A stretch of DNA of 64,000 bases from Chrysomallon squamiferum (GCA_012295275.1 CM022672.1:16306001-16370000); one strand, 5' to 3'; counted from the stretch's first letter, positions 42,101 through 56,381 are shown. Notes: generated from the letters alone by a model not told the origin. Program-made: numbers and translations.

Positions 42101-43245
42101 ACTCACCACAAATGTTTCAGTTTATTTTCAAAGATATATTCTAGATGTTGTTTTATTCCATTATTTCAACATGATCATGTCTTAAGATGTATAACCACAA
42201 AGTACAGTAATTCTGATTAATTTTAATGTTACAGGCAGCATGAAAAGTTTACTGTATTATTGGGAATGTATATAATTTAGAGGCCTGTGTGACAGATAAT
42301 CTAGAACAAACAATTAGATGCTGTTTGAAGGAACTCCCTTCAGGAGTTATTTAATTATTTTTGTCATCAATCTTTAGTTGGTGTTTGTGTGTATATGTAT
42401 TCATTTATTTCAATTTGCAGCGTATTGTATGTTATAATTGTTGGTACTGTATTGTCATTCTCACAGTCTGGTAGGTAAATCAAGTAACTTTGCCACCAGA
42501 GAGAATTACACAGTAACATGGAAGTACAGATAGACTGGTCATATTAGAAGGGATTTAGCCTTCTTTATTTTTAACTATAAATATTTTAAACCTCGATTTC
42601 AAATTTAAATAGTGTGAAAAGTCTTGGTTTACATTAAAATGCACTGAATGAAGAATCTTAACATTGACAAATATACTGTCACTAGACATCTGAATGTTTG
42701 AAGTGAAAATTTAAAATGATTTATAAAGAAACAAAGATAAACAAATAAAGATAATTTTACAATATATATATTTTTTTGAATTCCTGAAATGCAAGAATTA
42801 TAATCTGATGTTATTATTTTGGGACAAAATGTTAATTACCTTTTTATCATACACGGGCAGAGCTCCATGAAATATTGCCTTAACTCCTGATAATCTTCCA
42901 GGTCCTGTGACTGCAACTTTCCCTTCTTCAATTCCAGATTTATATTTCTCTCTACATTCTTTTTGAATCTGATCTCCTGCTGATTCAAGTAATGATTTTG
43001 AAATCATCCCTTGATTAAGATCTAAATGTTTGTTTGTGGAATTCACCAGAACATCCACCTAAAAAGAGACATTATATCATTTCTATGTTTCTGAAAACAG
43101 ATTCCATTAAAGAATTAGATTTCATCTAATATTACAGATATTGATCCATAAAATAATAATAATAATAATAACAATAACAATAAACTGAAAAAAGACTAAT
43201 AACAAAACAATAACTAACTAACTAAAACTAACTAACAAAATAAAA

Positions 43246-43276
<31 letters not shown>

Positions 43277-43693
43277 ATGAACAATGGAAATTGTAATAAT
43301 CCGCTTCAGTACCATACTTTATGCATGCACTGATATTAAAGGGCTGGTCCAAATAAAGACATATTTATGTGTTTTCCAAAAATATGTATTTACATGTAAC
43401 TGGAATGGGAAATTACTTTAAAATCCATTTTTGAATTATATTTCAATATAGATTTTTTAATGTTCCTGGGATAAAAAGCAGGATAAATTTATGTGTGAAG
43501 TTCTATGTGACTGACCTGTGATTGAATGTTGAGAACTCATGACATCACTATTATTTACAATAACATTGGTACTGTTTTAAAGAAATTTTTGGACTAAATG
43601 ATATAAGAGACAATACGAGAAAATACACAGTCAGTTATTAATTAGTTATTCTCTGGGTTTCTAGGGACACATGGATGTGATAATGAAAATGTA
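30650..43693. repeat. Segmental tandem duplicate of window 1-~12650 (offset ~30.6-31.1 kb)
   Basis: Exons and introns are colinear and nearly identical, e.g. 1-300 vs 30650-30950 and 12300-12650 vs 43340-43693; the copy ends at the N gap. Confidence 0.95.
32259..43058 (-). pseudogene. DTX3L-like: Copy B of the macrodomain-RING-DTC gene (3' half; 5' half lost in or beyond the gap), frameshifted as assembled
   Basis: Exons include 42840-43058, 41703-41936, 38172-38351, 37620-37805, 37320-37441, 36872-36920, 36602-36636, 34975-36268, 34116-34571, 32761-32960 and 32259-32343. Insertions vs copy A: +2 at ~35697, +1 at ~35141, +1 at ~34431. Confidence 0.75.
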
Positions 43694-43893
43694 NNNNNNN
43701 NNNNNNNNNNNNNNNNNNNNNNNNNNNNNNNNNNNNNNNNNNNNNNNNNNNNNNNNNNNNNNNNNNNNNNNNNNNNNNNNNNNNNNNNNNNNNNNNNNNN
43801 NNNNNNNNNNNNNNNNNNNNNNNNNNNNNNNNNNNNNNNNNNNNNNNNNNNNNNNNNNNNNNNNNNNNNNNNNNNNNNNNNNNNNNNNNNNNN
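43694..43893. other. Assembly gap (200 N)
   Basis: Exactly 200 N, a round scaffolding placeholder; true size unknown. Confidence 0.99.
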
Positions 43894-43919
43894 CTGTTGT
43901 ACTTCGTTCAGTTACGTAT

Positions 43920-46900
43920 TGCTAATTATTAAAACGATAGAAGCTCGGCGTCTTCGCAGGTTCCATTTTTCGGATAATTACCGTACGTAATCTTAGTGAA
44001 TACATCTCACGTAAGGGACATAACTCTAATCTCTGTCTGTGAACACATCTTACTAAAGGGAGATAACTGTAATCGATATAATTTTTACTTTCCTTAGTGA
44101 GTACATCTCACGTAAGGGACCTAACTCTAATCTGTTTGTGAGCACATACCATTCAAACGAGATAATTCTAATTGATCTGATTCTTCTCTATCCTTAGTAT
44201 ACACAGACACACACACACACACACAGACACACACACTCACACACACATAATCATACACAGACAAAAAGCTCTGGTACTTAATGCATATACAATTCTAAAA
44301 GAAATAAAATTCAATTAATTAAAAATTGCCAGAGAATTTAAAAACAAATAAAGTTCAGAATATTAACAAAATACAAAAAGAAATAATAAATTCTGATATT
44401 AAAAAGTCGAATCTCTCAAATGACAGATTAAAATATTTTATTTACTGATTTTTTTATTATAACAGAAATAAGCAAAGTACACAGGATAAAACAAAAGAAA
44501 AAAGAAACAAATAAAGAACCACGTTGAATTATTAAAACGATAGAAGCTCGGCGTCTTCGCAGGTTCCATTTTTCGGATAATTACCGTACGTAAGCTTAGT
44601 GAATACATCTCACGTAAGGGACATAACTCTAATCTATGTCTGTGAACACATCTCACTAAAGGGAGATAACTGTAATCGATATAATTTTTACTTTGCTTAG
44701 TGAGTACATCTCACGTAAGGGACCTAACTCTAATCTGTTTGTGACCACATATCACTCAAACGAGATAATTCTAATTGATCTGATTTTTCTCTTTCCTTAG
44801 TATACACAGACCCACACACACACACAGACACACACACTCACACACACATAATCATACACAGACAAAAAGCTCTGGTACTTAATGCATATACAATTCTAAA
44901 AGAAATAAAATTCAATTAATTAAAAATTGCCAGAGAATTTAAAAACAAATAAAGTTCAGAATATTAACAAAATACAAAAAGAAATAATAAATTCTGATAT
45001 TAAAAAATGACACATTAAATGACACATTAAAATATTTTATTTACTGATTTTTTTTTATTATAACAGAAGTAAGAAAAGTACACAGGATAAAACAGAAGAA
45101 AAAAGAAACAAATAAAGAACCACGTTGAATTATTAAAACGATAGAAGCTCGGCGTCTTCGCAGGTTCCATTTTTCGGATAATTACCGTACGTAAGCTTAG
45201 TGAATACATCTCAAGTAAGGGACATAACTCTAATCTATGTCTGTGAACACATCTCACTAAAGGGAGATAACTGTAATCGATATAATTTTTTACTTTGCTT
45301 AGTGGGTACATCTCACGTAAGGGACCTAACTCTAATCTGTTTGTGAGCACATATCACTCAAACGAGATAATTCTAATTGATCTGATTTTTCTCTTTCCTT
45401 AGTATACACAGACACACACACACACACACACACAAACACACACAGACCGACAGACACACTCACACACACATAATCATACACAGAGAAAAACCTCTGGTCC
45501 TTAATGCATCTACAATTCTAAAAGGAATAAAATTCAATTAATTAAAAATTGCCAGAGAATTTAAAAACAAATAAAGTTCAGAATATTAACAAAATACAAA
45601 AAGAAATAATAATTTCTGATATTAAATAACCGAATCTCTCAAATGACACATTAAAATATTTTATTTACTGATTTTTTTTTGTAACAGAAATAAGCAAACT
45701 ACACAGGATAAAAAAAAAAAAAACGAAACCAATAAAGAACCACGTTGAATTATTGAAACGATAGAAGCTCGGCGTCTTCGCAGGTTCCATTTTTCGGATA
45801 ATTACCGTACGTAATCTTAGTGAATACATCTCACGTAAGGGACATAACTCTAATCTGTCTGTGAACACGTCTTACTAAAGGGAGATAACTGTAATCGATA
45901 TAATTTTTACTTTCCTTAGTGAGTACATCTCACGTAAGGGACCTAACTCTAATCTGTTTGTGAGCACATATCACTCAAACGAGATAATTCTAATTGATCT
46001 GATTTTTCTCTTTCCTTAGTATACACAGACACACACACACGCACAGACACACACACTCACACACACATAATCATACACAGAGAAAAACCTCTGGTACTTA
46101 ATGCATATACAATTCGAAAAGAAATAAAATTCAATTAATTAAAAATTGCCAGAGAATTTAAAAACAAATAAAGTTCAGAATATTAACAAAATACAAAAAG
46201 AAATAATAAATTCTGATATTAAAAAACCGAATCTCTCAAATGACACATTAAAATATTTTATTTACTGATTTTTTTTTATTATAACAGAAGTAAGAAAAGT
46301 ACACAGGATAAAACAGAAGAAAAAAGAAACAAATAAAGAACCACGTTGAATTATTAAAACGATAGGAGCTCGGCGTCTTCGCAGGTTCCATTTTTCGGAT
46401 AATTACCGTACGTAAGCTTAGTGAATACATCTCAAGTAAGGGACATAACTCTAATCTATGTCTGTGAACACATCTCACTAAAGGGAGATAACTGTAATCG
46501 ATATAATTTTTACTTTGCTTAGTGGGTACATCTCACGTAAGGGACCTAACTCTAATCTGTTTGTGAGCACATATCACTCAAACGAGATAATTCTAATTGA
46601 TCTGATTTTTCTCTTTCCTTAGTATACACAGACACACACACACACACACACACACAACACACACAGACCGACAGACACACTCACACACACATAATCATAC
46701 ACAGAGAAAAACCTCTGGTCCTTAATGCATCTACAATTCTAAAAGGAATAAAATTCAATTAATTAAAAATTGCCAGAGAATTTAAAAACAAATAAAGTTC
46801 AGAATATTAACAAAATACAAAAAGAAATAATAATTTCTGATATTAAATAACCGAATCTCTCAAATGACACATTAAAATATTTTATTTACTGATTTTTTTT

Positions 46901-49082
46901 TGTAACAGAAATAAGCAAACTACACAGGATAAAAAACAAAAAAACGAAACCAATAAAGAACCACGTTGAATTATTGAAACGATAGAAGCTCGGCGTCTTC
47001 GCAGGTTCCATTTTTCGGATAATTACCGTACGTAATCTTAGTGAATACATCTCACGTAAGGGACATAACTCTAATCTCTGTCTGTGAACACATCTTACTA
47101 AAGGGAGATAACTGTAATCGATATAATTTTTACTTTCCTTAGTGAGTACATCTCACGTAAGGGACCTAACTCTAATCTGTTTGTGAGCACATATCACTCA
47201 AACGAGATAATTCTAATTGATCTGATTTTTCTCTTTCCTTAGTATACACAGACACACACACACACACAGACACACACACACTCACACACACATAATCATA
47301 CACAGAGAAAAACCTCTGGTACTTAATGCATATACAATTCGAAAAGAAATAAAATTCAATTAATTAAAAATTGCCAGAGAATTTAAAAACAAATAAAGTT
47401 CAGAATATTAACAAAATACAAAAAGAAATAATAAATTCTGATATTAAAAAACCGAATCTCTCAAATGACACATTAAAATATTTTATTTACTGATTTTTTT
47501 TATTATAACAGAAGTAAGCAAAGTACACAGGATAAAACAAAAGAAAAAAGAAACAAATAAAGAACCACGTTGAATTATTAAAACGATAGAAGCTCGGCGT
47601 CTTCGCAGGTTCCATTTTTCGGATAATTACCGTACGTAATCTTAGTGAATACATCTCACGTAAGGGACATAACTGTAATCTCTGTCTGTGAACACATCTT
47701 ACTAAAGGGAGATAACTGTAATCGATATAATTTTTACTTTCCTTAGTGAGTACATCTCACGTAAGGGACCTAACTCTAATCTGTTTGTGAGCACATATCA
47801 CTCAAACGAGATAATTCTAATTGATCTGATTTTTCTCTTTCCTTAGTATACACAGACACACACACACACACACACACAAACACACACAGACCGACAGACA
47901 CACTCACACACACATAATCATACACAGAGAAAAACCTCTGGTACTTAATGCATCTACAATTCTAAAAGGAATAAAATTCAATTAATTAAAAATTGCCAGA
48001 GAATTTAAAAACAAATAAAGTTCAGAATATTAACAAAATACAAAAAGAAATAATAATTTCTGATATTAAATAACCGAATCTCTCAAATGACACATTAAAA
48101 TATTTTATTTACTGATTTTTTTTTATAACAGAAATAAGCAAACTACACAGGATAAAAAAAAAAAAAAAAAAGAAACAAATAAAGAACCACGTTGAATTAT
48201 TAAAACGATAGATGCTCGGCGTCTTCGCAGGTTCCATTTTTCGGATAATTACCGTACGTAAGCTTAGTGAATACATCTCACGTAAGGGACATAACTCTAA
48301 TCTATGTCTGTGAACACATCTGACTAAAGGGAGATAACTGTAATCGATATAATTTTTACTTTGCTTAGTGAGTACATCTCACGTAAGGGACCTAACTCTA
48401 ATCTGTTTGTGACCACATATCACTCAAACGAGATAATTCTAATTGATCTGATTTTTCTCTTTCCTTAGTATACACAGACCCACACACACACACATACAAA
48501 CACACACACACACACACACATAATCATACACAGACAAAAACCTCTGGTACTTAATGCATATACAATTCTAAAAGAAATAAAATTCAATTAATTAAAAATT
48601 GCCAGAGAATTTAAAAACAAATAAAGTTCAGAATATTAACAAAATACAAAAAGAAATAATAAATTCTGATATTAAAAAATGACACATTAAATGACACATT
48701 AAAATATTTTATTTACTGATTTTTTTTTATTATAACAGAAGTAAGAAAAGTACACAGGATAAAACAGAAGAAAAAAGAAACAAATAAAGAACCACGTTGA
48801 ATTATTAAAACGATAGGAGCTCGGCGTCTTCGCAGGTTCCATTTTTCGGATAATTACCGTACGTAAGCTTAGTGAATACATCTCAAGTAAGGGACATAAC
48901 TCTAATCTATGTCTGTGAACACATCTCACTAAAGGGAGATAACTGTAATCGATATAATTTTTACTTTGCTTAGTGGGTACATCTCACGTAAGGGACCTAA
49001 CTCTAATCTGTTTGTGAGCACATATCACTCAAACGAGATAATTCTAATTGATCTGATTTTTCTCTTTCCTTAGTATACACAG

Positions 49083-49116
<34 letters not shown>

Positions 49117-50304
49117 AGACCGACAGACACACTCACACACACATAATCATACACAGAGAAAACCTCTGGTCCTAATGCATCTACAATTCTAAAAGGAATA
49201 AAATTCAATTAATTAAAAATTGCCAGAGAATTTAAAAACAAATAAAGTTCAGAATATTAACAAAATACAAAAAGAAATAATAATTTCTGATATTAAATAA
49301 CCGAATCTCTCAAATGACACATTAAAATATTTTATTTACTGATTTTTTTTTAGTAACAGAAATAAGCAAACTACACAGGATAAAAAAAAAAAAAAACGAA
49401 ACCAATAAAGAACCACGTTGAATTATTGAAACGATAGAAGCTCGGCGTCTTCGCAGGTTCCATTTTTCGGATAATTACCGTACGTAATCTTAGTGAATAC
49501 ATCTCACGTAAGGGACATAACTCTAATCTCTGTCTGTGAACACATCTTACTAAAGGGAGATAACTGTAATCGATATAATTTTTACTTTCCTTAGTGAGTA
49601 CATCTCACGTAAGGGACCTAACTCTAATCTGTTTGTGAGCACATATCACTCAAACGAGATAATTCTAATTGATCTGATTTTTCTCTTTCCTTAGTATACA
49701 CAGACACACACACACGCACAGACACACACACTCACACACACATAATCATACACAGAGAAAAACCTCTGGTACTTAATGCATATACAATTCGAAAAGAAAT
49801 AAAATTCAATTAATTAAAAATTGCCAGAGAATTTAAAAACAAATAAAGTTCAGAATATTAACAAAATACAAAAAGAAATAATAAATTCTGATATTAAAAA
49901 ACCGAATCTCTCAAATGACACATTAAAATATTTTATTTACTGATTTTTTTTATTATAACAGAAGTAAGCAAAGTACACAGGATAAAACAAAAGAAAAAAG
50001 AAACAAATAAAGAACCACGTTGAATTATTAAAACGATAGATGCTCGGCGTCTTCGCAGGTTCCATTTTTCGGATAATTACCGTACGTAAGCTTAGTGAAT
50101 ACATCTCACGTAAGGGACATAACTCTAATCTATGTCTGTGAACACATCTGACTAAAGGGAGATAACTGTAATCGATATAATTTTTACTTTGCTTAGTGAG
50201 TACATCTCACGTAAGGTGCCTAACTCTAATCTGTTTGTGAGCAAATATCACTCAAACGAGATAATTCTAATTGATCTGATTTTTCTCTTTCCTTAGTATA
50301 CACA

Positions 50305-50343
<39 letters not shown>

Positions 50344-50823
50344 CGACAGACACACTCACACACACATAGTCATACACAGAGAAAAACCTCTGGTACTTAA
50401 TGCATATACAATTCTAAAAGAAATAAAATTCAATTAATTAAAAATTGCCAGAGAATTTAAAAACAAATAAAGTTCAGAATATTAACAAAATACAAAAAGA
50501 AATAATAAATTCTGATATTAAAAAACCGAATCTCTCAAATGACACATTAAAATATTTTATTTACTGATTTTTTTTATTATAACAGAAATAAGCAAAGTAC
50601 ACAGGATAAAAAAAACCAAAAAAACGAAACAAATAAAGAACCACGTTGAATTATTAAAACGATAGAAGCTCGGCGTCTTCGCAGGTTCCATTTTTCGGAT
50701 AATTACCGTACGTAATCTTAGTGAATACATCTCACGTAAGGGACATAACTCTAATCTATGTCTGTGAACACATCTCACTAAAGGGAGATAACTGTAATCG
50801 ATATAATTTTTACTTTGCTTAGC
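43920..50823. repeat. Tandem satellite array, ~600-625 bp unit, 11 full copies plus a partial one
   Basis: The marker aaacgatag(a/g)(a/t)gctcggcgtcttcgcagg recurs near 43930, 44535, 45135, 45755, 46355, 46975, 47580, 48200, 48805, 49430, 50030 and 50655. Each unit has an internal duplication (cttagtga.tacatctcacgtaagggac.taactctaatc) and a (CA)n tract. Confidence 0.97.
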
Positions 50824-50825
50824 GA

Positions 50826-52630
50826 CACAGAATTAAAAAATAAATTCTTAATAACCACACGTTATCTAAAACTACACTCTCACATATCAAATGATCCCAT
50901 ATAAATGAAGTTTACAAAAACAAATTAATTAAAATCAGTCAGTAAAAAAAAAGAACATATCAATTCAACCAGATAAAAAAAATGTGTAATTTATTCAGTA
51001 CCCATCCATCTAGTCAGTTTTATTCCATTTATTTGTCAGGTTTTCTCTGTTTTCAATTAACTTCTTTCAGTCAGTTTTTCTTTCCATATTTAACAATGAC
51101 CTTCAGGAAGTAACCTGAAGCTCAGTGGTAGAGGACGGACTGAGTCTCAATTTGGGCTATTTCCAATTCTAGCTGTAGCTCCATAGCTGGATGTTTTATA
51201 TATAAACGCATTCAGAAACTCTCTGCTGCCACTTTTATTAGCTATTTTACATTAACAAATATATATATATGAAATGGCAGCAGAGAGTTTCTTGTTTTTT
51301 AATTGTTATTTAATTTTTTTTTTTAAATACGAAAACATGTTTAGTTGTTGTTAAAACTTCAGTCTTGTATTCCTTTTAATAATAGTTCTAACTATGGATT
51401 TGATCAAAAAGAGTATATACAACAATTTTGAATATTGATCTTATTTTACAATAAAAGTATAACATTTAATGTTTAATTAAAAAATTAAATATTAGCACTG
51501 GAAATGATATATTATAGCATAATGAAAATTATGTAACTAACATATAATGAAAATGATATATTAATACAAAATAAAAATATATTTTAACACATGGTCGTAA
51601 CTACATTGAGGAAAATCAGGCAAATGCCTCATACCGAAATTGACGATCTATTTTTTTTTTTTTTTTTTTGGGTATTTAAAAAAATATATATATATAAAAT
51701 ATAAATCTCTATTTCTTATAGAAAAGATATCCACTAAATGAGTTTCAGTATGTCTACGGTTACCGTTTGAAGTCAACAGACATCGTTGCAATGAAAGTCA
51801 TAAGTGATTTCACACATATCAGATATCAGACAGCTTTATCGAACACCTGAGATTTGAGGCATACAGCATCCTTTTCACACATTTCATTCTTAGCCCGGTC
51901 CTTGCCCTGATGCAATGTAAAGTGTCGTTTCGCGTCACGATAGCACTCGTCATATCTCTAAGAAACTGGTCGATGACGGATGCGTTGAAAATAACTTCAG
52001 AAGATGGTAAGCATAACTTTAAAGTCTCAAAACGTAAAGGAATCTCGATATCTTATGTTATTTGGTCCATGGAAATGTCTTGGCCTGAAATTGAGCATGG
52101 TCTTTATTTTCTACGGGACTTTAGTTCAATTTAATTTTAAGTGTTTCTGCCTCACTTGAAAAAGAATCTAGTTACGGCCATGTAACATATAATGAAAATA
52201 GCACATTTAATGCATAATGGAAATAATATATTTAGTTATAATGAAAATAATCAAACAGTTCATATTTTAGATGTTTAATACATAAAGAAAATTACCACAA
52301 TAAAACTATCACAGTGAAAACATTAATACATAATAAAAATAATATATTAAATAACATGATAATTATTTATCAAGCCACTTAAAGAAAAAAAAAAAGAGAG
52401 AAGTAAAAAAATGAAAATTTGTTAATTTGTATTTAATGTTACATCACCTTCTAAAATTAATGTTGAATAATAAGGTGAAGTTTACAGTTTTCTGATGTTA
52501 CGAAAATTATAAATTAACCATCAGTGTTGACATGTTTTTCTGATGTGGAAGCAGTTTTGAAGAAAAGTCACACCATTGAAGGAAATCATATAACAATAAA
52601 ACTTTATCAACCACCACGGATGTACAAAGA
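50826..52630 (+). pseudogene. Relic of another PARP14-like paralog (intron plus start of the RRM exon homologous to 60886)
   Basis: Colinear with ~59550-60975; 52543-52630 encodes DVEAVLKKSHTIEGNHITIKLYQPPRMYKD; the acceptor is mutated (ttctg instead of ttcag). Confidence 0.8.
51590..52182. mobile_element. 593-bp non-autonomous DNA transposon (MITE-like)
   Basis: TIRs CATGGTCGTAACTA / TAGTTACGGCCATG (13/14 match), flanked by TAACA on both sides; absent at the paralogous site ~60549. Confidence 0.8.
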
Positions 52631-54014
52631 TATACAGATGTATAAAGAATACATATAGAAGGATAAATTCATCTTGTTCATCCTTAAAAACAAAAACAAA
52701 ATCAGAATTTGTATGAAAATCTGGATTTTAATAAAAATGAAATACTAAATAAGGTTACCTTTTATTAAGCCTCGTTAATTTTTTACTTATGGTTCATAAA
52801 GAAAGGTAATTTCTTAAAAGTTCATTGTGAATATAAGAGTATGAAAAAAATATTAGATGATTTTCCCCTTTTTAAAATTTTCATCATGTTTTGTTTCTTA
52901 GTTTGATTTAGCCATTGTCTTAACCTTACACTAGATTTACTGCAGACTAAAAATCATGTACAGGTAAACATGCTTTCAGTTGTCGACTCAACCCTCTTCA
53001 ATGAAAAAGATTCTCTTTCTCTATTTTGACATTATTATTCGTAACTTTTTAAAAATCGTACAAGTCTGTGATAGCTTGTTTGCTTTTATGATCACCTGGT
53101 AACTATTTTCACCATTACTGAATAAGTGTATTTCAGTGACCACAATTTGAGGGGAGAAAAGCTAAACTATTCATTTAACAGTATCCATATTTTTGATAAT
53201 AAAATAACCAGAATCTACTCCAAAAAAATAATCTAAACCCTTTTAGTCCTGATCAACACTGTTTTTACTATTTCTCTCTAGGCACATATCTAAATTGGAA
53301 GGAAATGTAAATTTGTGAATGCTCTATTTGGTAAATTTTAGCAGCTCCTGTATTCGTACATAATCGTAATAATTCGGGTCACGATGCTATTCTGAATGAC
53401 AAAATTTGACCACGGGTATCAGTATTCTTATTTTATATACACACTTAGCATCAACACAACAACAACAACACACTATGTGTAAAAAAGAAAAGGATCGCAT
53501 ATTACGAGAAAAACATGCCAATTTTCTTTTATGTGTATCGTATGACTGTACCTTTTCAAAAGCACCTACTCAAAACTGGGGAAACAGCTAGGACATTATG
53601 TGAGTTGTCCCGCCTTCAAAACATTTATAGAAAACTGAATGTACGTGAGTAAATAAGTACTGTAAATTATAACAATCAAATGAGCACTGAGTATTTTCAA
53701 TGAGTTTTAACCCAAAGGTGGTACTTTTTAGTTTAGCACACTACGGTTGGGTACGTTCATAACCGGAATAGTTCATACTGGAAGACAAGATGACAAAATG
53801 CTAAATATAGATAAATCGGAAAGCAGCCAAACAAATAAAAAAATATATATTAAAAATAAAAAATTATACAGTTAAAATGAATACAACAGCAGATACAGAC
53901 AACGAATGTATTTCATTATATTATAATTTTAAAAATATATACATATGTATTTAAAATAAATAAATAACAGTGAAAATTAAAATTTAGAAAACGCGGAAAT
54001 AATTTTCGGAATGT

Positions 54015-54027
54015 ACTTTCGGTTTCT
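54015..54027 (+). promoter_or_regulatory. IRF-E/ISRE element (ACTTTCGGTTTCT) upstream of the PARP14-like gene
   Basis: The reverse complement AGAAACCGAAAGT is a consensus IRF-E; TGACGT at 54066-54071; candidate ATG at 54113. Confidence 0.65.
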
Positions 54028-55367
54028 TAATATTAAGGCATTTCAGTAATGTAACCAGGTATTATTGACGTTCCAGAGATATATCGGTCCATTACTTGGA
54101 ACAAATTAATTTATGGTTTGCAAATGTATGTCTTATTTGTTTCCTTGAAAACTCGAAAATTAATTTAATAGAAAATATTAATACCTAAATATCACTTTAA
54201 CGAAAATAACTTTTATGATAATGACCTTTGAATTTCACCACAGTGCTAATGTGATGAAATATTTCTGTCGATAATAGTTATATTTTTAGGCCAAGTGTAT
54301 TAATATGATAATATTTAATCATAATTTACTTATAATTATTCAGTTTTCATGAATTTAATTACAGGATTTAAGTTGATTGCAAATTCTAATTTGCCTGTTA
54401 ATGTAATTACCTGTGAATCAGTAATATTATTATTATTTCCGTATTTCATTTTTTAATTTTACTGATTTTTTTTTAATTTAATTTATTTATTTATTTTATT
54501 TTTTTATTATTATTTTTTATTTATTTAAATAGTGTAATGCTGTTATGGTAAATTAATGGAATTTATTCAATTAAATTTACAATATAATTCAGTTATATCT
54601 TTACAATCATGAACAAATAGCCAGAATATATTTTGCATACCTTGCAGTACATATAATTATATTATTTGTTTCTGCTGAACATCTATATATCATTCTCTAC
54701 AAAGAAACAGTGGTGGAAGTGGTGATAGCCATTCATGGGGAAGCATTCTTGAACATTTTTGTTTCCTGCTGATTTGGTCCATGAAAGATAATGAAGCATT
54801 TTGTTTTTGTTTCCTGCTGATTTGGTCCATGAAATAGAGGGTCAACAGTATTTTGAAATGGCTACTGATTGTAGATTCTGTGTACTTTCAAAAAAATTAC
54901 TTTATATATTTTTATAACAAATATTTTGCCTATAATAACATAAGAAGAACATTTTTTTCAAAAGCCTGTGAAGATGCCCTAAGGCTTACAACATCTCTTT
55001 TATCACAGCATGACAATAATCTGTTTTAGACTGAGGGAAAGGCTTCTTAGCAATGATTTACTCAATATGTTATGTTTTGTTTTACTCTTTTATTAATAAA
55101 ATGATACCATAATTTGAAAAGGATCAATGTCAGCCTCTGAACATTCTCACAAAATTATTACATTATTTTTATCATAATCATGCATATTTTATTATTTGCA
55201 AAGATTCTTTACTTAGTACAAATAAAATAATATCTTTGATTTTGTATGAATTTATACAGAATATGTTTAAGTTGTAAATGCATGTCATTAAAAATACACT
55301 TTAGCAATTTAAAATTGAGTAATTATTTATTTTTATTGTTTATTTTAATTACAAACGTTTTGTTCAG

Positions 55368-55849
55368 TCTTACTCATAATACAAGTTTCTGGTTTTGGGA
55401 AGAATGTTTCAGTTGATACTTTAAAGAGTTACTTTTGTGATGAAGGCCGTTCTGGTGGAGGTGAAATTAAGGAAATCAAACTAAATCCAAAGACAAAAAG
55501 AGTTAACATTACATTTTGTGATGTGAAAGGTTTGATATAACTGTGTCTGTAAAAAAATATTTAAACAAAATCATCAAACTATGTTATAACTAGAATCAGA
55601 CTAAAGCTCAGTGGTATACTTCTGGCCTTATATTTGTATGATTGGTTATCTTTACCAATTTTCCATTCCCAACAGTGTGTTATGAAGATTTCTTAATTTA
55701 AAAAAATATATATAATTTCATTCTCACTATTTTTCTATTGGTAATGTATTATTGATTCATATTAGCTCTTTTGCACCTGTCTTCAACAAAATTATTTTAT
55801 TGTGGAAACTGAAGACTGTGGCAAGTGGATTAAAAAAAAGTTGTGTGAG

Positions 55850-55882
<33 letters not shown>

Positions 55883-56333
55883 GATGATTTTAATTATGTA
55901 AAAGACATTTTAAAATTATCTACTTTTTATAGTCCTTCTTCATTTAGTTTTAAACTTGTTGATTTTTTAAATATTTTTGTTTAGTAATTTACCAGATTTT
56001 ATTTTCAGTTGCTCAGAGAGTACTGAGAAAAAAGAAGCACAAAATTAACAAAGACAAATTAAAAGTGGAAATGCTTCAGCAAAGTACTTCAGATGAAGAA
56101 ATTGAGAATAAACCAAAAACCACCATTTTGGTAAAATGGCAGGGGAAAGATCTTGCTGATGAAGAAGCTGAAATATTGGAAATGTATTTTGAAAATAAGA
56201 GGAAATCTGGGGGAGAAAATGTAACTAATTTTGATTATAATAAGAAGAAAAAGGAAATTTACATTACCTTTGAAGATGAAAAAGGTAAATTGTCTTTAAA
56301 ATGTTAAAGATCTAATTATCAAAGAATCTTTTG

Positions 56334-56381
<48 letters not shown>

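Noticed and set aside
44438-50778. Recurrent 67-107 aa ORFs (MRCVHRHRLELCPL...)
   Set aside because: By-product of the satellite monomer; the frame varies with homopolymer length and there is no recognisable domain.
51118-51200. tRNA gene from gctcagtggtagag
   Set aside because: Only an A-box-like stretch with no cloverleaf or B box; at most a decayed SINE head.
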